Below are positions 49,178 to 59,961 of a stretch of DNA of 64,000 nucleotides, in pieces. The stretch is from Antedon mediterranea (taxonomy: Eukaryota; Animalia; Echinodermata): the NCBI RefSeq assembly GCF_964355755.1, contig NC_092679.1, positions 23,729,432 to 23,793,431 of the forward strand, written 5' to 3'. The notes beneath the pieces were generated by a model. The model was given only the letters and a program-made list of their open reading frames with translations, had not been told where the DNA came from and searched no databases. The position numbers and the translations under genes are program-made. Positions within the stretch are counted from its first letter, which is position 1; the number at the start of each line of letters is the position of its first letter.

Positions 49178-52100
49178 TCTACCTTCTCTTCTTTGATGTT
49201 GCTAGGGTCTATAAAGTCAGGGTTGTTCTTATGGTCCATTACTATAGGTTTATCACCTGGTTTATGCTAGAATACAAAATAAAAAACAAATAAACAATAT
49301 TTATATTTTATTTAAAAATTTAAATAGTGACTGTTTATTTAAATATTCACATTCAATATTCAAATTCACTAAGAAATTTTAATTCCGAAAACTAGAACTT
49401 TATGGAAACTGACATTTAGGGCTTGGTAAAAGAAGAGCTGACTGTAGAAGGATACAGTAGTTCAAACTCTGTATTCACACACACCAGGGTGTCAACACCA
49501 TCATTTTGTGTAGTGTGTGCCTCGGTGTCTGTAAACTTCAAAGTCTTGCTAGGCAATGTGAAGGGGTATTAAATTGGTGTTGTAGTATTATACAGTAGAA
49601 CCTTCATTTGAACACCCCTATTGACACTTTCCTGTGAAACCAACAAGGAGAAGTATATGTTTTATACTGCATCCACCCGTATTTAGGGGACACTTTGTTG
49701 GGTGCATCCACCCGTATTTAGGGGACACTTTGTTGGGTGCATCCACCCGTATTTAGGGGACACTTTGTTGGGTGCATCTAGCCGTATTTAGGGCACACTT
49801 TGTTGGGTGCATCCACCCGTATTTAGGGCACACTTTGTTGGGTGCATCCACCCGTATTTAGGGCACACTTTATTGGGTGCATCCAGCCCGTATTTAGGGG
49901 ACACTTTGTTGGGTGCATCTAGCCCGTATTTAGGGGACACTTTGTTGGGTGCATCCAGCCCGTATTTAGGGGACACTTTGTTGGGTGCATCCGGCCCGTA
50001 TTTAGGGACACTTTGTTGGGTGCATCCACCCGTATTTAGGGCACACTTTGTTGGGTGCATCCAGCCCGTATTTAGGGCACACTTTGTTGGGTGCATCCAC
50101 CTGTATTTAGGGACACTTTGTTGGGTGCATCCACCCGTATTTAGGGACACTTTGTTGGGTGCATCCAGCCCGTATTTAGGGGACACTTTGTTGGGTGCAT
50201 CCAGCCCGTATTTAGGGGACACTTTGTTGGGTGCATCCGGCCCGTATTTAGGGCCACTTTGTTGGGTGCATCCAGCCCGTATTTAGGGGACACTTTGTTG
50301 GGTGCATCCAGCCCGTATTTAGGGGACACTTTGTTGGGTGCATCCAGCCTATATTTAGGGACACTTTGTTGGGTGCATCCAGCCCGTATTTAGGGACACT
50401 TTGTTGGGTGCATCCAGCCCGTATTTAGGGGACACTTTGTTGGGTGCATCCAGCCCGTATTTAGGGGACACTTTGTTGGGTGCATCCAGCCCGTATTTAG
50501 GGACACTTTGTTGGGTGCATCCAGCCCGTATTTAGGGACACTTTGTTGGGTGCATCCAGCCTGTATTTAGGGACACTTTGTTGGGTGCATCCAGCCCGTA
50601 TTTAGGGACACTTTGTTGGGTGCATCCAGCCCGTATTTAGGGGACACTTTGTTGGGTGCATCCAGCCCGTATTTAGGGCCACTTTGTTGGGTGCATCCAG
50701 CCCGTATTTAGGGGACACTTTGTTGGGTGCATCCAGCCCGTATTTAGGGCCACTTTGTTGGATGCATCCAGCCCGTATTTAGGGCCACTTTGTTGGGTGC
50801 ATCCAGCCCGTATTTAGGGACACTTTGTTGGGTGCATCCAGCCCGTATTTAGGGACACTTTGTTGGGTGCATCCAGCCCGTATTTAGGGACACTTTGTTG
50901 GGTGCATCCAGCCCGTATTTAGGGGACACTTTGTTGGGTGCATCCAGCCCGTATTTAGGGGCACTTTGTTGGGTGCATCCAGCCCGTATTTAGGGACACT
51001 TTGTTGGGTGCATCCAGCCCGTATTTAGGGACACTTTGTTGGGTGCATCCAGCCCGTATTTAGGGACACTTTGTTGGGTGCATCCAGCCCGTATTTAGGG
51101 ACACTTTGTTGGGTGCATCCAGCCCGTATTTAGGGGACACTTTGTTGGGTCCTGAAGGGGTTCAACTGTAATGGTAGTAAATTGGACAAACCTGTACAAC
51201 TTTAGGTGGGAATTTGTCAGCTAGCTTGCTTAGTAACACATCTACTTTCTGACGTTGAAACAACGATGCTGGCTCTTCTTTCTTTGGTTTCTTTTTATCT
51301 AAAACAAATAATTAAATATTATGTAACTGTGTCAGTCAATTTAATTCACAGTGGTGTATACTGCTTTGTTTAGTATCTTATCAGCAAAGTTCTGTGATAT
51401 AGGTAAGTAATTAAAAAATGTAATTTCTGTGTCAGCACCGACTAGCGATTTGACCTCTGATTTGACCTCTGCTTCAGTAGCATTTAATTTTTATTTTTTT
51501 ATTATTCCTTCAATGTCAGAATCACAGGATAAAATTGAAAAAAACATTTTCATTCTGTATCTTGTTTGCTAAATGACAGAGTGGCGTTGACTCAAAACAC
51601 AAGAGGTCGCTTCTGATTCAACAAAATAAGTTAAAATGATATATATATATAGGTATTGTTTATAGTATGTGTATTACAGTCAGATACAGTACTCTATGTA
51701 TCTACTTACTGTATGTGTGAACTCAACCTTATTACAGTCAGATACAGTACTCTATGTATATACTTACTGTATGTGTGAACTCAACCTTATTACAGTCTGA
51801 TACAGTACTCTATGTATATACTTACTGTATGTGTGAACTCAACCTTATTACAGTCTGATACAGTACTCTATGTATATACTTACTGTATGTGTGAACTCAA
51901 CCTTATTACAGTCAGATACAGTACTCTATGTATATACTTACTGTATGTGTGAACTCAACCTTATTACAGTCTGATACAGTACTCTATGTATATACTTACT
52001 GTATGTGTGAACTCAACCTTATTACAGTCAGATACAGTACTCTATGTATCTACTTACTGTATGTGTGAACTCAACCTTATTACAGTCAGATACAGTACTC

Positions 52101-55100
52101 TATGTATATACTTACTGTATGTGTGAACTCAACCTTATTACAGTCTGATACAGTACTCTATGTATATACTTACTGTATGTGTGAACTCAACCTTATTACA
52201 GTCAGATACAGTACTCTATGTATATACTTACTGTATGTGTGAACTCAACCTTATTACAGTCTGATACAGTACTCTATGTATATACTTACTGTATGTGTGA
52301 ACTCAACCTTATTACAGTCTGATACAGTACTCTATGTATATACTTACTGTATGTGTGAACTCAACCTTATTACAGTCAGATACAGTACTCTATGTATATA
52401 CTTACTGTATGTGTGAACTCAACCTTATTACAGTCTGATACAGTACTCTATGTATATACTTACTGTATGTGTGAACTCAACCTTAAATTTATATTTGTAT
52501 AAATAATAATATGCAAAAGTCAATATAACATCTATCCCTATCCCAATACAGTAGATTTTGTTTCTATGAGATTGTTACCTTTTTCTTTTTTCTCTTTATC
52601 TTTAAATTCCCACCAGTATCCACAGGATGATTGGTACCTAGAGTATGACAATGTCTCCTCAAAAGCTGACTGGATGTTGTAAGTTGCTGTCAACTAGAAA
52701 CAAACAAAAAGTTACATACATTTGAGTTTAATATTTCCACTAAAGCTCTGTTTTAATACCCCTTTCACATTTACTTTCAATACAGACACCGGGACACACA
52801 CTATACAAAATGATGGTGTTGCTCTGTCTACACTATCAAACTAGTTTGACGACAAAAAAAAGTGATATGCCCAAATATGGTAGTAATATGATGCGATTGT
52901 GTCCATATATGGGCACATCACATTGTTTTTATCACATGATAATTGATAGTGTAGACAGAAATTAAAGTAAATCAAATTGGGATTAGGTGTGAAAAATTCA
53001 TTTTATTGACATGACATTAAAACTAAAGGTAAAGGACCAGATCAAAATTATTCTACTGCAGTTAGTGCAGTAAATATATATTTTTACTGCAGTTACTGCA
53101 GTAAATATATATATTTACTGCAATAGCATATAACATCATTTTATTTTGTTTCAATATAGAAGTTTGAGACATATCACTGCAATAAACAATGTGTATGTGT
53201 ATTATTCACCCCATCCACTCCCCCTCCAAAAAAAAATATAAAAAAACATAAGCAAAAACAGGTTGAACAAAAACTCTACAGTAGAATCATTTTTACATGG
53301 CCCCTAAATAAAATGGGGTTTTGTTTTTTTGATACACTACATCATGATGAACATACATAAAGTGCACAAGATAGAACATGGCGTGAACTTTAGCACTTCA
53401 TAGCCAGTGCACAAGATAGAACATGGCGTGAACTTTAGCACTTCATAGCCAGTGCACAAGATAGAACATGGCGTGAACTTTAGCACTTCATAGCCAGTGC
53501 ACAAGATAGAACATGGCGTGAACTTTAGCACTTCATAGCCAGTGCACAAGATAGAACATGGCGTGAACTTTAGCACTTCATAGCCAGTGCACAAGATAGA
53601 ACATGGCGTGAACTTTAGCACTTCATAGCCAGTGCACAAGATAGAACATGGCGTGAACTTTAGCACTTCATAGCCAGTGCACAAGATAGAACATGGGGTG
53701 AACTTTAGCACTTCATAGCCAGTGCACAAGATAGAACATGGCGTGAACTTTAGCACTTCATAGCCAGTGCACAAGATAGAACATGGGGTGAACTTTAGCA
53801 CTTCATAGCCAGTGCACAAGATAGAACATGGGGTGAACTTTAGCACTTCATAGCCAGTGCACAAGATAGAACATGGCGTGAACTTTAGCACTTCATAGCC
53901 AGTGCACAAGATAGAACATGGCGTGAACTTTAGCACTTCATAGCCAGTGCACAAGATAGAACATGGCGTGAACTTTAGCACTTCATAGCCAGTGCACAAG
54001 ATAGAACATGGCGTGAACTTTAGCACTTCATAGCCAGTGCACAAGATAGAACATGGCGTGAACTTTAGCACTTCATAGCCAGTGCACAAGATAGAACATG
54101 GGGTGAACTTTAGCACTTCATAGCCAGTGCACAAGATAGAACATGGCGTGAACTTTAGCACTTCATAGCCAGTGCACAAGATAGAACATGGCGTGAACTT
54201 TAGCACTTCATAGCCATTTGGAAAAGAAAAACAATAGAAAAAAGAACGAAAAAAGTTTGGAATTGATTGTATTGGGATTTTGGAATTCAACGTAAGTGTT
54301 GCGATTGGCGTTGCCTAATAAATATAAACTTTCTTCTTCCAAGAATGAAGAAGAGCAAAACAATAGTTGTAAAGATTAGATAAAGATTGGGAATTCCATG
54401 TTTAAAGGGGGGTTCCGGGTTTAAAATGAATAGTAAAAAATGTAAAATATATTTGTTTGTCTCTTGAACGGTAAAAGTTTCAATTTATATAAGCGCCCAG
54501 TGAAGCAGAACGAAGGCTGTGAAATGACGCCAGATTACAAGTGCAGCTACGGCAAAATCACACTGTGGTTACAGAATACGAAATTCGTGAAATGGTCAAT
54601 CTTCCGACGACTCGTTATCATTAACCATATCAATTACTTTTGTAAAATTATACTTATCTGATGTAATTTTAGTCGGTCTTCCCATTTATAAAATCAATTT
54701 TCTATGAAAATCCATCAAAACAGTGAAAAATTAGATAAGTTTGCACTTTACGTTTGCCGATTTTCGCACTGACTTAGGGAAAGCCTTCAAAATCAATGAA
54801 GCGTAACGTATACATTCCTGCTGAGCGAGGAGAGCGAGACGACGATACACGTGCTCTCTCTGCCCATGCCTGGCATCGTCACGTGATAAGCAGATACAGT
54901 ATACAATACCAAACTGGTCGGGTCGAGTATACCCCGTCTATATCACAACATGAACGATGTACAGTATTTGATTGAAGGTCGACTCAACCTACCGGAATGG
55001 TATAGATAATATAGCTCGAATGAGAGAGTTGGAATATTTGTAAACATAAGTACAGTATTGCTAATTTTAACAAGTGTAGCCTATAGTAAAAGGCCTGGTA

Positions 55101-58100
55101 GTATCAATTCGCATAGGGTCTACTACACTAGCTAGCTCAATTTTTAACTGGGCCGGATCGGCTAGGCTAGGCTAGGCTAGGTCTCCTTCCTACTACCGGT
55201 CTACTTGCTTGATGCAGTATCCGCTTTTTTGGAGAGTAAACTAGGCCTACTTATTAGACGATCGGGACACCATACGTGCGGACGGCGATCGGACCTTGTT
55301 TTGCCTCAATATTTACAGCCGATTTTTGTAGAACGTTTTAGGTTTAGATTGTTTAGGAGTTTGGTTGATAGGATGGGTTTGGAATCCACTGAGTTTTGTT
55401 ATTTATGGGCCAATCGTTTAGTAATGGGCTAGCTAGGCCCATGAATGATGGCCATCGTGGCATGGAATCCCTAGTCAGAAATGGCTCTCACCCCGGCATG
55501 AATAAAATGATTTAGGCTAGGCCTAGCCTAGTACGTGAAGCCGATATACGATCTGTACTATTAATTCGAGGTATAAAAATAGTATAATTTATGACTCCGT
55601 AATCTGTACTAAATTTTGTATTTCATTAAATGTCAAATAAATATATGCTACTACTGTTATTATTACACTTTAGGCCTAGCTTAGCAAATCTACAAAAAAT
55701 GTATTTCACAATGATCGGGTGGTCGTCGTTTGACAGAGGAGAGAGAACACAACGCACAAGCTTGACGTCGCCAGTTTGGAATCCACTGATGACGTGATTT
55801 TGTGAATATCTCATGAATATTAATGAGCTTCCCTAAGCTGCTGAAAAACAGACTTTCCATGAATTTACCCTAAAATGTATATGAAATTTAATTTTTTTAA
55901 TTTCTCGTTATTACTTCTTCATTCTGACATGTCTATATTGTTATAATATTTTTTATTTAATAAATAAACGATATTTAAAAGCAATTTTAAACCCAGAATC
56001 CCCCTTTAAGTAAATATAAACATTTGTATTACAAATTATAACAACAGTACAATACTCAAAAGTGAAACAGGTTCTTTAAAAACAAAAATTTAACCTTTAA
56101 TTGTTAATAAAAGATAGATAGATTTACTTATTTTCAATAACTGTATGTCAAAATATGTAATAAAAATAATGAATTTAAACACTTCATATAATTAAAAAAA
56201 ATTAAAATCACATAAGATACTGAATGTAATGTTGTATTGTATTGTATCCCATAGCTTTGACAGCAAATGTCTGCATACAACACATAAACATCAATTATTA
56301 TTAGTGCTGTACAGTATGTTGAGTATGAAATTGAATAGTAATAGCACCCTCAATGTTTGGGAGTGTTTGCCAAGACTACCCTACAGTGATATTGTATAAA
56401 CATACAAATTACTGTATCTCTCTTACTTATTATAGATTTTTCCATAGAGGAAAAAATAATATTATTTTTCCTCCATGATTTTTCTAAAACAAAAAAAAAA
56501 TGTTTGGCTACCATTATGTTAGATACAGGTAAGATAGTAGGCTAAAGCTCTGTCTACACTATCAAACTTTATGTGATTTGTCCATATATGGACATGATGA
56601 TGTCATATCACTACCATGTGGGCATCACTACCATATTTGGGCACATCACACTTTTTATGTCAAACTAGTTTGATAGTGTAGACAGAGCTTCAATCAAAAC
56701 GTCATCTAAACTGTCAGTTTGAACAAGGTGTTGCAATTGCTGTTAGTTATTTCAAGATACCATTCCTATAACTTCCTTAATAATAATATGCTTCTATGAA
56801 ATAAAGTCAGACAGAAATTGAAACAAATAATTACTAAGAATAAGATCATAGTAAGAATCTATTTCTGAATACTTTGATGAGTTTTAAAACATTATTGAGA
56901 AACTCGCCCTTGTCCAGATTTTCCGAAAGGTTTTTTTTTAGAATGTTTTAATTTTGATTTCTTGGAGGTTTAAAGGAATAATATAACCACAAGATGACAA
57001 GGTTTAATTATACTTTGAATAATTGTTAAATTTTTAATATTTTACAATAATTTTATTATTACATTTTAAAATAATATAATAATTTTTATATAAAATATAG
57101 TAATTTAAGTAATTTTTCTAAAAACTATAGTAGTGTAATTATTATTCTATATTCAATTCTTAAATTTTTTTGCTAGGTTTTGCACTTGTGATATTTAATT
57201 TAGGCCAAGCACGCAAGAAAAAAATGTAGTTAATTAAAACATGTTTCAAAGAAACCAAACTTTTCTTGAGAAATAAAAAAAATCTGTTTATTTGAAATTA
57301 TTAAGATGTTTATATTGCTATGATCAAGACCCTCTTGTGGTCTAGTGGGACTTCCCCTAATAGTTGTTACAGGTTGAAATCCGGCCAGACGAGATTTTAT
57401 CAAGCAGTACAAAACTTATTTATTGTTTGTTTCTATTCTAATAATAGTGATAATATTCTATATAGTCAAATCTTAGAATACTTAATTAAGATTATTTATA
57501 ACACACCCAAATGTATCCTTGCCTTTTGATTGGTTAACTCATATCATGTGCCATTCATATACGTTTTATTGCATTGTAAAAGTTCTATTGAATGGTTCTA
57601 TTATAATGTGCAGTGTATTGTTTTGTTTTACCCTGTATATGCTTGGTGACCTACGATGTTTGTTACATTTATTTGAAATACAGGGTGATTTTATATTATA
57701 TACAGTAAATATGTGATGCATTTTAAAAACCACCATTGTATTTTGTGTCCACATTTGTTTGTCATATAAAGTTTGATAGTGTAGACTGAGCTTTACATTG
57801 GGAAATAATCAAAAAAATGCTGTTCATATTTTATAGTCATCTTGTATCAACACTGAGAATTAAGGAATTACAAAAAAAGACCCCCAAATGCCAAATCATC
57901 TACATTAGTCATAATGTTTATATATACTCACCATTCTAGCATTGAGGACTGAACAAAGATCCGGAGCTTGGTAGATAACACCATTTATTATGTAATAGTT
58001 TGCTAGTGCTTTCACGTTAATCGGTGAGTTTCTGTATTGTTTTCGTATCACATAAAGAATTGGGTCATGAACGTGAAGTAGATGATATTCAATACCCGTC

Positions 58101-58720
58101 ATATTACTGAAGAAAAATGAAAAGCAATTAATGTAATCATTTTTTCTTTTTTTAAATAGAATTTTTCCAAGTACTTGCCGTCGTTAGCAGGATAGCACCT
58201 ACAATTTTTAAGTTATCATTCTGAATTTGTGTCATGGTATGGTAATCCCAACCCACTTGAACAAAATCACATCCAGTTGGATTATACTGACTGGATTCCC
58301 CTTATAAAATTGTCTATTTAAAATTTTGTTATTTTAAACATCTTTACTAACCACATAAGATGATAAATATCAACAATAATTTACATCACATATTAAAAAA
58401 TAACCTAGGCCTACAAGCAAAAAATTTAGTTTTGAAATGGAATTTCTGATATTAAAATGAATGGAGGGCATACATTATCAAGCAAGAAATCAAAAGGGTG
58501 GGCTTATTCAGTACCTGAAGATGGGCCTATACCTGGATCAGTATGGTATTTTTTACTTACACAAGTTGTTCAGGATTCAAACGCTGCATCTTTACAATTT
58601 CGTTGTTGCATGTACGATCGTAAAATGGATTGCTGCGTTCGCTGAAATAGTTCATGACGTTTGATGGATCCAGCATGGGTATCCAAGCACTATCGTGCCA
58701 TGTCATATGCAGTGAATGAT
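49090..58720 (-). CDS. MED6: Mediator of RNA polymerase II transcription subunit 6 (short first coding exon not located)
   Basis: Exons 58720-58561 ([10 protein letters not shown]...[24 protein letters not shown]), 58106-57932 ([10 protein letters not shown]...[22 protein letters not shown]), 52693-52579 (IQSAFEE...GYWWEFKD), 51298-51192 ([14 protein letters not shown]...KFPPKVVQ), 49266-49090 (HKPGDKP...[12 protein letters not shown]). All splice in frame. Confidence 0.95.
49593..51168. mobile_element. Tc1/mariner-like MITE inflated by a 34-36-bp minisatellite (~49668-51150, about 42 copies) in the last MED6 intron
   Basis: TA|cagtagaacctt ... ggggttcaactg|TA. Unit atttaggggacactttgttgggtgcatccagcccgt. 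Confidence 0.88.
51672..52484. repeat. 58-bp minisatellite, about 14 copies (MED6 intron)
   Basis: Unit tattacagtc(a/t)gatacagtactctatgtatatacttactgtatgtgtgaactcaacct. Confidence 0.96.
52744..52962. mobile_element. Harbinger-like MITE with a nested ~69-bp insertion in its left TIR
   Basis: taa|agctctgt[52752-52820]gctctgtctacactatcaaact...ttgatagtgtagacag. The 7-bp sequence gctctgt is duplicated around the insert. Confidence 0.7.
53361..54215. repeat. 45-bp minisatellite, about 19 nearly identical copies (MED6 intron)
   Basis: Unit agtgcacaagatagaacatgg(c/g)gtgaactttagcacttcatagcc. Confidence 0.97.
54406..56005. mobile_element. Non-autonomous Kolobok-like DNA transposon (1.6 kb)
   Basis: TTAA|aggggggttccgggtttaaaat ... 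attttaaacccagaatccccct|TTAA: about 22-bp TIR, TTAA TSD and purine-purine termini. The interior is more GC-rich than the flanks, with no transposase ORF. Confidence 0.8.
56443..56477. mobile_element. 35-bp minimal P-element-like palindrome with 7-bp TSD
   Basis: atttttc|catagaggaaaaaataatattatttttcctccatg|atttttc. Confidence 0.6.
56546..56689. mobile_element. PIF/Harbinger-like MITE
   Basis: taa|agctctgtctacactatcaaact...agtttgatagtgtagacagagct: 23-bp perfect TIR. Confidence 0.85.
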
Positions 58721-59675
58721 CTATGATAAAAAAAAGAAAGTTTGATTAATACAGTATTATCTATGGATTATTTTTATAGATACTGTATTGTCTCTGCGGG
58801 CCTGAAAACATAATCTTTTACAACCATCTTTGTTGAATATGCCATCATAATAATCACTTTATTTGATCAAAAAAGGATCTAAACAATCAACATATTTACC
58901 TATTAAAGAAAACTGTAATTTAAAACAAAAAATATAGTCTTCAACCGGAAGGCCATAATGTCTGTCAGACACTACAGTAGGGTTTGGTAAAATTTCACAA
59001 TTTATTTTGTCCTTTTATTTAGTGAAATCCTTATTTTTGTTGGCCCCAATCAAGAATTATGGTGGAGGAATGTTGGTAGGAAATCTTAACGTTTCTTCTT
59101 GTTAAAATGGGTGTTGGCATGTTATCAATGCTTTTCCACACTAGTTTGGTACCAGTGGCATAATGCAGCGGCTCCTAACATGTTTATTTTTTTTTAGTTT
59201 GAATCAGGTAAATATTTTGTCAAACTAAATTGTTGATTCAATACTGTAGCATTGTATTAAATTATTTAATGTAATAAAATAAATGAAAACAAATGAAATA
59301 ACAAAAAAAATATGGTTATTCCCGCCTGTACAGAACACAAACAGGTTTCATGGCATAGCGGATGTACTGCATCACATGAGAAAGAAGAGTCTAAATAGAG
59401 CACTAGACTTGGGACAGACACTATCCAAAATTAGACACTTAAGTACTTCCTATGTTAGTGTTATAATATTGGAAGTACAGACGATTTTAATTGTTTGGTA
59501 CTAAGTAATACTATACAGTTCTACGCAAATTTAAGTTTCCTTATAATCATGGAAGATTCCCAATTGTTCGATTGATCTTGCATCTCTCGCTACTACTGTA
59601 TTAAAGGTGAAATATTTGTTTAACTACAAAAAAAAAAATAAAAATCTGATACTGCTAAAAATGACCATGTACCAT

Positions 59676-59961
59676 CAAAGAACTTATAGAGTATTATATG
59701 TCCTAGAGCATTAGCAGATCCCCTCTATGATTTTGACTTTCTAATTTGATGCGGGCGCCCTACTCCTCAGTCAATTACTCTATCCCCCCTAGAGTATTAG
59801 AGCAGATCCCCTCTATGATTTTGACTTTCTAATTTGATGCGGGCGCCCTACTCCATGGCTCACAATGGCGCCACCCATTAGCTCTATTCTATCCCACAAT
59901 GCCTTTCGAAATTGTTAAGCGCTTCGGACGAACAGGAGATTCTTGTGTTATAAGTTCTTTG
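59676..59961. mobile_element. P-element-like MITE with 7-bp TSD and an internal ~55-bp direct repeat
   Basis: gtaccat|caaagaacttata ... tataagttctttg|gtaccat. The sequence agcagatcccctctatgattttgactttctaatttgatgcgggcgccctactcc occurs twice inside. Confidence 0.75.

Noticed and set aside
49788-50329. Repetitive ORFs on both strands ([12 protein letters not shown]...)
   Set aside because: Translations of a 34-36-bp minisatellite with frequent frame-breaking unit lengths.
53337-54290. 317-aa ORF of repeated [15 protein letters not shown]
   Set aside because: It is open only because the 45-bp unit is a multiple of 3 and has no stop. It is intronic, starts at a non-ATG codon and has no recognisable domain or flanking coding sequence.
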